64,000 bases of DNA from an uncultured Acidimicrobiia bacterium (GTDB taxonomy: Bacteria; Actinomycetota; Acidimicrobiia; Acidimicrobiales; JACDCH01), in assembly GCA_963840695.1 (NCBI GenBank), contig CAWIZW010000009.1, positions 474,467 through 538,466 on the forward strand, in the 5' to 3' direction. Every line of letters begins with the position of its first letter. Position 1 is the first letter of the stretch. Positions 1 to 9,290 of this stretch are shown one piece after another. Made by a program: the position numbers and the translations under genes. A model generated the notes under the pieces. It made no database searches and had not been told where the DNA came from. It saw only the letters and a program-made list of their open reading frames with translations.

Positions 1-426
1 GCGGGGCGGCGCCGTGCGGCGGTGCTCCTCCTTGAACATGTTCGGGTCGCGCTCACCGGCGCCGTACACGAGGGTCGAGGACTTCACCACGACGTCGCGC
101 ACCGTGGACCCGGGCGCCGACGCCGCCGCGAACAGGTTCATCGTCCCGATCACGTTGATCTCGTGGATCGTGCGCGACCGCGCGGTCGTGGAGTCGACGA
201 TGAGGAAGGTGTGGACGATCGTGTCGACCTTCGTCGCCTTCACGATGCGGTTCAGGATCGAGTAGCCCTCGTCGGAGCGGACGTACTCCGTGCGCTCCAA
301 CGGGACGGTCGGCTCGAAGCGGTCGAGGCCGACGATGACCTCGACGTCGGGGTCCTGCTCCAGGCGCTGTGCCACGCGCCCACCCCAGAACGTCCCGAGC
401 CCGGTGACGAGGACGCGGCGTCCCAT
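1..426 (-). CDS. NAD-dependent epimerase/dehydratase (SDR fold), N-terminal part; 3' end lies beyond the window start
   Basis: Reverse-strand translation from the ATG at 426-424 reads MGRRVLVTGLGTFWGGRVAQRLEQDPDVEVIVGLD...VVKSSTLVYGAG, with a Rossmann GxxGxxG motif. It is absent from the ORF track because there is no stop inside the window. It lies directly downstream of the acyltransferase gene on the same strand. Confidence 0.75.
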   Translation of the reverse strand, partial: MGRRVLVTGLGTFWGGRVAQRLEQDPDVEVIVGLDRFEPTVPLERTEYVRSDEGYSILNRIVKATKVDTIVHTFLIVDSTTARSRTIHEINVIGTMNLFAAASAPGSTVRDVVVKSSTLVYGAGERDPNMFKEEHRRTAPPR

Positions 427-436
427 CAGCGCGCCG

Positions 437-1270
437 CTACCCGAACCAGACCGACTGGCGGGTCCGCAGCATGTCGTAGAGCGCGGCCTGGATCCGTTCG
501 CGGATGTCCTCGGCGTGATCCATCACCTTGCTGCGGCTGTAGCGGGGCTGATCGGGCGCGACGTCGAAGTGGACGGGCTCGAGCACGCGGATCTTGAACT
601 TCGCCGGGAAGTAGGCGATGGCGCCGAGCGGGCCGAGCAGCGCCATGTTCGCCGTGACCGGGACGTACGGGACGCCGAGGACCTTGGCCAGCCGCGGGAT
701 GTTGAACAGGATCGGCATCGACTCCTCGGCGCCGACCACGGCGATCGGCACGACCGGCACGCCGGCCCGCATGGCGATCTCGACGAAGCCGCCGCGGCCG
801 AAGCGGCGCAGCTGGTAGCGCTCGGTGTAGGGCTTGGACGTGCCCTTCGTGCCCTCGGGGAAGACGAGGGCGAGCTGGCGCTGCTCGCGCAGCAGGCGAT
901 AGGCGTTGTGCGGGTTGGCGGTCACCCCACCGGCCCGGGCCCACCAGGTCCCGACGACGGGCAGCGTCCGGAACGCGTACTCGGCGAGGCCGTACACCGG
1001 CCGGTCCAGCTCGGTCTCGATCCCGTGCATGATCGCCGGCGCGTCGGACGGGATCGCCCCGGCGTGGTTGGCCACGAGGAGCGCGCCGCCGTCGGACGGG
1101 ATGTGCTCCATCCCCTCCCACTCGACCCGGAACCAGTTGCGGTACAGCGGCTCGTAGACGGCCCGGACGATCTCCCGCACCCGCTCCGACCGGCCCCACT
1201 CGTCGATGTCGGAGCGCCGGGGGTCGGCCAGGGCCTCCTCGAGCGCCTCGACCGGCACCGGCACCGGCAC
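437..1270 (-). CDS. 1-acyl-sn-glycerol-3-phosphate / lysophospholipid acyltransferase (PlsC family)
   Basis: Intact 277-aa track ORF. Acyltransferase blocks LLVANHAGAIPSD and ALVFPEGTKGTSKP are present. It ends about 10 nt upstream of the epimerase start. Confidence 0.85.
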   Translation of the reverse strand: MPVPVPVEALEEALADPRRSDIDEWGRSERVREIVRAVYEPLYRNWFRVEWEGMEHIPSDGGALLVANHAGAIPSDAPAIMHGIETELDRPVYGLAEYAFRTLPVVGTWWARAGGVTANPHNAYRLLREQRQLALVFPEGTKGTSKPYTERYQLRRFGRGGFVEIAMRAGVPVVPIAVVGAEESMPILFNIPRLAKVLGVPYVPVTANMALLGPLGAIAYFPAKFKIRVLEPVHFDVAPDQPRYSRSKVMDHAEDIRERIQAALYDMLRTRQSVWFG

Positions 1271-1419
1271 GAGCGAGCGCTCCGCGGTGCGAGCCGTCTC
1301 GGGTTCGGGGCGTCGGCGGCACGGGCGACGATCGTAGCCCTGCCCCTTCGGCCCCTCCCCCTTCCCACGGCCGCTCGCCGGCGCCGTTCCTGGTCACACC
1401 CCCTGGGGAGAATGGGGCC

Positions 1420-1731
1420 ATGAACGCGAACGACTTCGCCGACGCCGTCCGCACCCTCGCCGCCGCCGCGCGGGAGGCCGGGCACGTCGCCCCGTCGTTC
1501 CGGAGCCCACCGGGCATCCCCGGCGCGGCCCGGACGATGCGACGGCGGCCCGACGGCACCGTGCAGGTCTCGGTGGCGATGTCGGAGCGGCCATGGGCCG
1601 CGGTGCAGTCCGACCTCGTCGAGGGCATCGTCGTGGCCAACCGGCTGGCCGGCCCGGCGGCCGACGCCCTGCGGCGGGCGCTGTGGGCCGCGCTCCAGGG
1701 CGCGGGTCGTGCGGCAGGGGCGGCGGCGTAG
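1420..1731 (+). CDS. hypothetical protein
   Basis: 103-aa ORF with coding-like GC3 and non-repetitive sequence. I recognise no motif. Confidence 0.45.
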   Translation: MNANDFADAVRTLAAAAREAGHVAPSFRSPPGIPGAARTMRRRPDGTVQVSVAMSERPWAAVQSDLVEGIVVANRLAGPAADALRRALWAALQGAGRAAGAAA

Positions 1732-1740
1732 GTTGGCGTC

Positions 1741-1814
1741 GCCCCCGTGGTCCAACTGGCAGAGGCAGGCCGCTTAAACCGGCTGGTGTGCGGGTTCGAG
1801 TCCCGCCGGGGGCA
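1741..1814 (+). tRNA. tRNA with anticodon TAA (nominally Leu-UAA) but a short 5-nt variable loop; isotype uncertain
   Basis: Cloverleaf folded by hand. Acceptor GCCCCCG/CGGGGGC, T8, D-loop with GG, anticodon stem GGCCG/CGGCT, loop CTTAAAC. Variable loop GGTGT, T-arm GCGGG-TTCGAGT-CCCGC, discriminator A. Confidence 0.75.
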
Positions 1815-1817
1815 CCG

Positions 1818-3207
1818 ATGACAGGTAGCCCTCCGCCGCCCGAGTTCCCGACCTCGCCTCCGCTCGGCCCGCCGCCCTCGCCGGTGCCGCCCGGCGCGTC
1901 CCGCGGCACCCCGCAGTGGCCCGACGGCACCGACGACGCACCGCAGCCGTCGGGCCGCCCGGCCTGGGTCGTGGCCGTCGCCGTCGTCGCCGTGCTGGCG
2001 CTCGTCGCCGCCCTGTTCGCCGTGTTCCTCGGCGACGGCGACGGTGGTGAGGACGCTTCGGGTGAGCTCGAGGAGGTCGACGAGGGCCCTGGAGCGACGG
2101 CCGACGATCCCGGGGCAGCCTCGACGACGACCGAGGCACCGGCCACCGACCCCGAGCGACTTCGATGCCGTCATCGCCGACATCGAGGCCTTCGTCGAGC
2201 AGGAGCGAGGCCTGCCGTTCCTCAGCGACGTCCCGTCGAGCTCGCCGACGACGAGGAGTTCTCCGACCGCCTCCTGGCCGACTTCGACGAGGACACCGAC
2301 GACCTCGTCCTCGCCGACGAGCTCTACACGGCGCTCGGGCTCATCGGCCCCGACGTCGACGTCGTCGCCTCCTTCCGCGACCTGCTCGATGTGGGCGTCG
2401 TCGGCTTCTACGACCCGGAGACGAACGAGCTGGTCGTCCGCGGGACCTCGATGTCGCCGTACGTGCGCCAGACGATCGCCCACGAGCTCACCCACGCCCT
2501 GCAGGACCAGCACTTCGAGCTCGATCGCCCCGCCCTCGACGAGGCCGACGACGAGTCCTCCTTCGGCTTCACCGGGCTCGTCGAAGGCGACGCCGAGCAC
2601 GTCGCCGATGCCTACGCCGACACCTTCACCGTCGCCGAGCAGGCCGAGGCGGAGGCCGAGGAGGTTGCCCTCGGGCTCGGGTTCGACTTCGACGCCGTGC
2701 CCTTCGTGCTCCTCGAGCAGCTGACCCTGCCCTACGTCCTCGGCCCCGAGCTCATCGACGCCATCCTCGCCGCCGGCGGTCAGGAGTTCCTCGACGCGTC
2801 GTTCGTGGCGTCGCCGACGACCAGCGAGCACATCATCGACCCCGACACCTTCATCGTCGGTCGACCTGCCCAACCCGGTGGCCGAGCCGGAGGCCGACGG
2901 CGAGGTCACCGACCGTGGCGTCCTCGGGCTGCTCGGCCTCGCCGAGCTCGCCGGCGAGACGGCGATCTTCGGCGCCGACGCGCTGCCCGACGAGCTCGAC
3001 GGGTGGGGCGGCGACCACTACGTCGCCTGGCACGACGGCGAGCGCACGTGCGTGCGGGTCGCGGTCGTGGGCGAGACGATCCAGGACACCGACGAGTACG
3101 AGTCCCTCCTCACCGAGGTGGCCGAGGACCCGCCCGGCGACGTCGAGGCGTCGGTGACGCGAGGTCCAGGCGAGCTCGACCCCGTGCTCTACACCTCCTG
3201 CGGCTGA
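1818..3207 (+). CDS. membrane-anchored putative zinc metalloprotease (HExxH)
   Basis: Pro-rich N-terminus, one TM helix (AWVVAVAVVAVLALVAALFAVFLG), then IAHELTHALQD. The frame must be followed through track ORFs 1593..3668, 2044..2724 and 2878..3207, with shifts near 2155, 2235 and 2865. Confidence 0.65.
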
Positions 3208-3214
3208 AGCTTTC

Positions 3215-3240
3215 GTCGCCGAACCGGAGGTCGGCGCGAC
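3215..3240. repeat. REP-like hairpin, degenerate member of the GTCGCCGAACC...GGTTCGGCGAC family; possible bidirectional terminator
   Basis: GTCGCCGAACCGGAGGTCGGCGCGAC lies between convergent genes. Related copies are at 16234-16413 and 54472-54528. Confidence 0.5.
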
Positions 3241-4104
3241 TAGCACCTGGGAATCACGTTCTCGCCGTACTGGCCGAGGGCGTCGCCGACGGCGGCGGGG
3301 TCGAAGGTCGGCGGGGAGATGCACGCGGCCGACGCCCAAGGCGGCGAGGCGCTCGACCTCGGCGACGGCACCGTCGCCATGAGCGCCGGCGTGCCGGTCG
3401 TGAGCGCGATGCGGTCGGGGTCGCGACCCGCTTCGTCGGCGGCGCGCCGCATCGTGTCGCACAGCGCCGGAACGTCGCCCTTGGCGGGGAAGAACCCGTC
3501 GCCCAGGCGCCCGGCTCGCCGGGCGGCGACGGCGGTGTGACCGCCGATCACGATGGGGACGGGATCCTGGGCCGGTCGGGGCAGGCTCACGGCACGGTCG
3601 TAGCTGACGAATCGTTCTCGAGGTCGTCTCGCCCTCGGCCCAGAGGGCGCGCAGCGACCTCGATGTAGCCGTCGAGTCGCCGGCCGCGAGCGTCGAAGGG
3701 CACGCCGAGGGCGGCGAACTCCTCGGCCAGCCACCCGGCGCCGACCCCGAGCTCGACCCGGCGCCACGGCCGAACGAGGTCGTCGAGCGGTGGCGACCTC
3801 CTTGGCGAGGCCGGGGTTGCGCTGGGGGAGGATCAGGATCGCCGGTCGCCAGCCGGATCGTGCGCGTTGGTCGCCGCCACCCAGGTGAGCCACACGAGCG
3901 GGTCGGGGATCGGGAACCGGGCGCCGCCCGGCATCTCCCCGTCGGCGGCGTAGGGGTAGGTCGATTCGTAGCCGGCCGGCACGAGGACGTGCTCGACCGT
4001 CCAGAGCGACTCGAACCCGGCCGCCTCGGCCGCCTGCGCCGAACGCCGTCCGTGGCGTCGGGCCCGGCGAAGAAGGCGTTGGCGTACGCGAGGCCGAACT
4101 TCAT
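3240..4104 (-). CDS. LLM-class (luciferase-like) F420/flavin-dependent oxidoreductase, frameshifted as given
   Basis: N-terminus MKFGLAYANAFFAGPDATDG, internal ILILPQRNPGLAKEVAT, and C-terminal IVIGGHTAVAARRAGRLGDGFFP. The pieces lie in at least 3 frames (track ORFs 2851..4104 and 3240..3893). Confidence 0.65.
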
Positions 4105-4161
4105 CGAGCCGGACCGTAGACCTCCGCCGGCGTCGCCGGTCGGCCGGGGCCGGCCGCCCGA

Positions 4162-5037
4162 TCAGTTCTCCAGCGGCCGGACGGCGGCCGCGACCTCGGC
4201 CAGGTGGGCGTCCCAGCCCTCGGGTTCGACGACGGGGACGAGGACGAATTTCGACGCACCGGCGGCGACGAAGTCACCGATGAAGGCGACGACGGCCTCG
4301 AGGCCGGCGGGGACGATGCGGGCGGGGTCGACCTCCGGGCGCCGGGCGGCGACGGCGGCGACCAGGAGGTCGGGCAGCGGCCCGGCGGCGGGGAGGTAGG
4401 GGATGAGCGCACCCCAGTGCTCAGGGTCGAAGGTCCGGCCGTGCGCCGCCGCCTCGGCCTCGACGACCGGGCGGGCGGCCGCGACGTCCTCGGGGGTGCA
4501 GAACGACGGGAGCCAGCCGTCACCGAGGCGTCCCACCCGCCGGAGCTCCGACGGGGCGATGCCGCCGAGCCACACGTCGAGCGGCTCCTGCACCGGGCGG
4601 GGCGCGACGGTGGCGCCGTCGACCTCGTCGCCGGCCCACAGGCGGCGCACCTTCGGCAGCAGCTCGTCGAACCGGGCGGCCCGCTCCTTGCGCTCGACGC
4701 CGAAGGCGGCCTGCTCGCGGGGATCGGCCACGCCGAGGCCGAACGCGGGGAGGCACCGCCCGCCCGAGAGCCGGTCGAGGGTGGCCCACTGCTTGGCGAC
4801 GACGAAGGGGTTGCGCCCGGGCAGCACCTGGACGCTCGTGCCGAGCTTCAGGCGGCGCGACCGGGCGGCGGCGAAGGCGAGGCCGACCATCGGGTCGGGG
4901 CAGTCGCCGCCGAGGCGCTCGGAGAGCCAGAGCGAGTCGAAGCGCAGGTCCTCGAGGGCGTCGACGAGGTCGGCGAGACGGCCGCCGTCGACGGTCGGCG
5001 TGCGCACGCCGAGCCCGTAGCCGACCCTGACCTTCAT
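4162..5037 (-). CDS. LLM-class F420-dependent oxidoreductase
   Basis: Intact 291-aa product MKVRVGYGLG...FDSLWLSERL...LGTSVQVLPGRNPFVVAKQWATLDRLSGGR. The start ATG at 5037 overlaps the stop of the upstream hydrolase gene. Confidence 0.85.
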   Translation of the reverse strand: MKVRVGYGLGVRTPTVDGGRLADLVDALEDLRFDSLWLSERLGGDCPDPMVGLAFAAARSRRLKLGTSVQVLPGRNPFVVAKQWATLDRLSGGRCLPAFGLGVADPREQAAFGVERKERAARFDELLPKVRRLWAGDEVDGATVAPRPVQEPLDVWLGGIAPSELRRVGRLGDGWLPSFCTPEDVAAARPVVEAEAAAHGRTFDPEHWGALIPYLPAAGPLPDLLVAAVAARRPEVDPARIVPAGLEAVVAFIGDFVAAGASKFVLVPVVEPEGWDAHLAEVAAAVRPLEN

Positions 5038-5762
5038 GCCGGTGCCCCCTCGTCGGCGAGCCCGGCGACGCCGGCCAGGCCGGCCAGGAGCGCGGTCACG
5101 TCGCCGGGCCGCGACAGGAACGGCGAGTGCGAGGCGTCGGGCCACTCGACCAGGGCGACGTCGGGGATCCGCTCGGCCATGTGGCGCTGGAGCGACGGCG
5201 GGACGGCCCGATCGGCGCCGCACACGACGTAGGTGGTCGGCGTCGTTCGCCAGGCGGCGACCCCGGGCGGGGTCGTCAGGGTGGCGCCGTGCTGGGGCCG
5301 GAGCAGGGCGATCGCTCGGGCGACGTCGACGGCCGAGCAGTCGCCATAGAGGAGGTCGGGCACGAGCTTCGGGTCGAGGGCGCTCGTGCCGTCGTCGCCG
5401 AACTCGACGGCGGGACCGAGGTCGCCCGGATCGGCGTGGTCGCGGGCGACGCCGACGACCGTCTCGTCGGCGTCGGGGGCGAAGGCGCAGAGGTAGACGA
5501 GCCGCTCGACCGACCGGTGGGTGCCCGCGGCGGTGATGACGGCGCCGCCGTAGCTGTGGCCGGCGAGCACGACGCCGGTGCTGGCGCCGAGGTCGCCGAG
5601 GTCGTCGAGGGCAGCCCGCACGGCCTCGGCATCGGCCGCCAGGGTGGGCCCGCCGCAGTCGACGGCGAACGACGCAACGCCGAGCTCGTCGAGGCCGGCG
5701 AGCACCTGCGCCCAGCACCAGGGGCCGTGCCACGCCCCGTGCACCAACACGACGGTACGCAT
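5034..5762 (-). CDS. alpha/beta hydrolase
   Basis: Intact 242-aa product MRTVVLVHGAWHGPWCW... with nucleophile elbow GHSYGG and a C-terminal SHSPF His. It has a 4-nt overlap with the LLM gene. Confidence 0.85.
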   Translation of the reverse strand: MRTVVLVHGAWHGPWCWAQVLAGLDELGVASFAVDCGGPTLAADAEAVRAALDDLGDLGASTGVVLAGHSYGGAVITAAGTHRSVERLVYLCAFAPDADETVVGVARDHADPGDLGPAVEFGDDGTSALDPKLVPDLLYGDCSAVDVARAIALLRPQHGATLTTPPGVAAWRTTPTTYVVCGADRAVPPSLQRHMAERIPDVALVEWPDASHSPFLSRPGDVTALLAGLAGVAGLADEGAPA

Positions 5763-5792
5763 GGGGCAGATCTTGGGCCAGGATCTCCGACC

Positions 5793-6556
5793 GTGCCTGA
5801 TCTCTTCTCCCTCGACGGACGCGTTGCCATCGTGACCGGGGCCTCGTCCGGCCTCGGCGACCGCTTCGCCCGTACCCTCCACGCCGCCGGCGCCTCCGTC
5901 GCCGTCGCCGCCCGCCGCGTCGAGCGCCTCGACGACCTCGCCGACGAGCTGGGGCGCGACGCGTGTGCACGTCGTGCCGTGCGACGTCGCCGTCGACGCC
6001 GATTGCGAGCGGCTCGTCGCCGAGACGGTCGAGCGCTTCGGCCGGCTCGACGTGCTCGTCAACAACGCCGGCGTCGGTGGTCCGATGCCGGCCGAGGACG
6101 AGCCGCTCGAGGACTGGCGCCGCACCGTCGACGTGAACCTCACGGGGCTGTTCGTGCTGACCCAGCACGCCGCCCGGGTGATGCTCGCCGCCGGTTCGGG
6201 GAACGATCGTGAACGTGGCGTCGGTCCTCGGGCTGGTGGCGTCGGCGCCGATCAAGCAGGCGAGCTACTGCGCCACGAAGGGGGCGGTCGTGAGCCTCAC
6301 GCGGGAGCTCGGGTGCCAGTGGGCCCGCAAGGGGATCCGGGTGAACGCCCTCGCCCCGGGGTGGTTCCCGTCGGAGATGACGACGCTCATGTTCGAGGAC
6401 GAGTCGGCCAACGCGTTCATGAAGCGCAACTGCCCGATGGCCCGGGCCGGCGAGGTGCACGAGCTCGATGGTGCGCTGCTGTTCCTGGCCAGCGACGCCA
6501 GCAGCTACGTCACCGGCCAGACCCTGGTCGTCGACGGCGGCTGGACCGCCCGGTGA
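5793..6556 (+). CDS. SDR-family oxidoreductase, frameshifted as given
   Basis: Motifs TGASSGLG, NNAG, the Y-x3-K catalytic motif (YCATK) and C-terminal LVVDGGWTA. Assembled from track ORFs 5127..6212, 5965..6621 and 6209..6556. Confidence 0.8.
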
Positions 6557-6566
6557 TCCAACCAAC

Positions 6567-6623
6567 CCGAATGTGCGGGGGTCTTCGACGTGATCACGTC
6601 GAAGACCCCCGCCGGTTCTGACC
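6567..6623. repeat. 57-nt palindromic intergenic element, copy 1
   Basis: CCGAATGTGCGGGGG-TCTTCGACGTGATCACGTCGAAGA-CCCCCGCCGGTTCTGACC, with a perfect 34-nt palindrome at 6577-6610 centred on TGATCA. An inverted copy is at 7492-7548. Confidence 0.85.
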
Positions 6624-6659
6624 GCACCGCACCACGGCGGGCGCCGCGGCGCGCTCCTC

Positions 6660-7521
6660 GTGGTGACGGCCGCCGCGCTCTGGGGCACGACCGGGACGTC
6701 GCGCGAGCTCGGTCCCGACTCGTCGACCGCCACGTCGGTCGGCGCCGTCCGTCTGGTCGTGGGCGGAGCCGTGCTCGCGGTCGCGGCCGCTCGACGCGGC
6801 TTCCGCTTCCGTCGCCGCGACTGGCCCGTCGTTCCTCTGCTCGTCGCGGTCGCGGCCCAGGCCGCGTACCAACCGCTGCTCTTCGGCGGCGTCGAGCGGG
6901 CCGGCGTCGCCGTCGGCACCGTCGTCGGCATCGGGAGCGCGCCGATCGCCGGCGGCCTCCTCGGACGCATCGTCCGGCACGAGCGGCTCGGCGCGACCTG
7001 GTTCGCCGCCACGTTGCTCGGCATCTGCGGCGCCGCCCTGCTCGCCCTCTCGCGCCGACACGGACGCCGGCAGCGACGTCGCGGCCGGGCTTCTCCTCGC
7101 CGTCGGCGCCGGATCGGCCTACGCCGTCTACCTCGCCGCGTCGCGCGACCTGCTCGACCGGCACGCGGCCGACGACGTCGTCACCGTCGTCTTCGTCGGC
7201 GCCGGCCTCGTGCTCCTGCCCGTCGCCCTCAGCACCGACCTCGGCTGGTTGGCCGATCCGGGCGGCCCGCTGCTCGCCCTCTGGCTGGGCGTCGTGACCG
7301 TCGGGGTGGCGTACCCGCTCCTCACCCGCGGGCTCGCCGTCGTCGGTGTGGGCGCGACGGCCACGCTGACCCTCGCCGAGCCGGCGGTCGCCGCCACGCT
7401 CGGCATCGTCGTGCTCGACGAGCGGCTGACGGCCGCCGGGTGGGTCGGGCTCGCCCTCGTCTTCGTCGGGGTCGTCCTCGAGGCCACCGTCGGTCAGAAC
7501 CGGCGGGCACTTTCGACGTGA
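6660..7521 (+). CDS. EamA/DMT-family transporter, frameshifted as given
   Basis: Multi-TM hydrophobic product in two halves (WGTTGTSRELG...; LTLAEPAVAATLGIVVLDERLT). There is a frame change near 7050-7090 (track ORFs 6660..8360 then 7210..7521). The stop codon lies inside the second palindrome. Confidence 0.7.
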
Positions 7522-7548
7522 TCACGTCGAAAACCACCGCACATTCGG
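7492..7548. repeat. 57-nt palindromic intergenic element, copy 2 (inverted relative to copy 1)
   Basis: GGTCAGAACCGGCGGGCACTTTCGACGTGATCACGTCGAAAACCACCGCACATTCGG. This is roughly 85% identical to the reverse complement of copy 1. The core palindrome TTCGACGTGATCACGTCGAA is at 7512-7531. Confidence 0.85.
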
Positions 7549-7558
7549 TTCTGGTCGG

Positions 7559-9224
7559 ATGGGAAACCGATCGTTGGATCCCGGCGTGGGCCTGGCACCA
7601 TGGTCGGCCGTGTTGGCGGTCCGGAACCTCTCGGTCGAAGTCGGCGGCACCCTCGTCGTCGAGGGTGCCGGCTTCACCGTCCGTCCCGGCGACACCGTCG
7701 GCCTGGTCGGGCGCAACGGTGCCGGCAAGACATCGCTGCTCAAGGTCGTGGGCGGGATGGCGCAACCGAAGGCCGGCGCGGTGCACCGGCCCGCCGCCTT
7801 CGGCTACCTGCCCCAGGACCCGCGGCTCGACGGCGTGCCCGACGACGTCACGCCCGTCGCCCGGGTGCTCGGCGGCCGCGGGCTCGACGAGCTGCTCGCC
7901 CGCATGGAGAAGCTGCACGCCAGGATGGAGGAGGCGCCCGGGGACGAGGCGATCGTCGCCCGCTGGAGCCGGACCCACGACGCCTTCGAGCACGCCGGGG
8001 GCTACGCCGCGGAGTCCGAGGCCCGCCGCCTGCTCGCCGGGCTGGGCCTGCGCCGCGACCGGGGCGACCGGCCCCTCGGCGTCCTCTCCGGCGGCGAGCG
8101 CCGCCGCGTCGAGCTGGCCCGGATCCTCTTCGCCGGGACCGACCTCCTCATGCTCGACGAGCCGACGAACCACCTCGACAACGACGCCCGCGACTGGCTC
8201 CTCGAGTTCCTGCGCGGCTACCGGGGCGCGCTCGTCGTCGTGTCCCACGACATCGAGCTCCTCGACGAGTCGATCACCCGCGTGCTGCACCTCGACCGGC
8301 CGTCGGAGGCCGACGTGGGCACGATCGTCGAGTACAAGGGCACCTACACGCAGTACGTGACGGCACGGGCGGCCGACGAGGCCCGCCAGGCCAAGGTCGC
8401 CGCCCGCCAGGCGGCCGAGGTCGCCCGGCTGCAGACGCTCGTCGACAAGTGGGGGGCGAAGCAGTCCAAGGCCGCCTTCGCCAACGCCCTCGAGACCCGC
8501 ATCGCCCGCATCCAGTCCGAGGGCGTCGTCGCCCCGTCGGCCCGTCGCGGCCTGCGCCTGCGCCTGCCCGACCCGCCGCCGTCGGGCCGCACCGCCCTCG
8601 TGCGTCGACGGGCTGAAGAAGTCCTACGGCGGCGGCCCGCCCGTGTTCGAGGACGTCGCCTTCGACATCGGTCGCGGTGAGCGGCTCCTCGTGCTCGGGC
8701 TCAACGGCGCCGGCAAGACCTCGCTGCTCCGGATCCTCGCCGGCACGTCGGAGGCCGACTCCGGCACGGTCGAGTGGGGTCACCAGGTGTCGGTCGGCTA
8801 CTACGCGCAGGAGCACGAGGGCATCGAGGCGGGCCGCTCCCTGCTCCATCACATGGGCGAGGCCGCTCCCGGCTTGGCCACGGAGGAGCGGCGCCGGCTG
8901 CTCGGCATGTTCGGCCTCACCGGCGACAAGGTCCATCAGGACGCCGGCACGCTGTCGGGCGGGGAGAAGACCAAGCTCGCCCTCGCCCTGCTCGTCGCCG
9001 GGCGGCGCAACGTGCTGCTGCTCGACGAGCCGACGAACAACCTCGACCCGCCGTCGCGGGAGGCGGTCGCCGCCGCGCTCGCGTCGTGGGGCGGGACGAT
9101 GGTCATCGTGAGCCACGACCCCGGATTCGTCCGCGACCTCGCCCCCGACCGCGCCCTTCTGATGCCCGACGGCGACCTCGACTACTGGTCCGAGGACCTC
9201 CTCGACCTCGTCGAGCTCGCCTGA
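7559..9224 (+). CDS. ABC-F family ATPase (two ABC domains, no TM domain), one frameshift as given
   Basis: Walker A motifs GRNGAGKTS and GLNGAGKTS, signatures LSGGERRR and LSGGEKTK, Walker B motifs LLMLDEPTNHLD and LLLDEPTNNLD. Frame change near 8600-8640. The true start may be the GTG at 7610. Confidence 0.85.
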
Positions 9225-9290
9225 GCCTCTGGGTCGCTCCGGCCCACCCTGCGCCTCCGCTCCGGTGGTGGTTGGTTACCCTCGTCGTTC

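Noticed and set aside
1741-1814. Whether this tRNA could be tRNA-Sec (selC) serving the candidate selenoprotein.
   Set aside because: The anticodon is TAA, not TCA. The acceptor stem is 7 bp and the variable region is 5 nt, whereas tRNA-Sec has an 8-bp acceptor stem and a long variable arm.
426-2909. Very long ORFs in the track that cut across or run antisense to recognisable genes. Examples are 426..2909 minus, 27315..29897 plus, 39847..41547 minus, 16900..18171 minus, the upstream two-thirds of 4162..6255 minus, and 47216..49018 minus.
   Set aside because: Their translations are Arg/Pro/Ala/Gly-rich low-complexity strings, typical of off-frame or antisense reading of 70% GC DNA. They overlap genes with clear family motifs. 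Only the segments listed as features look coding.
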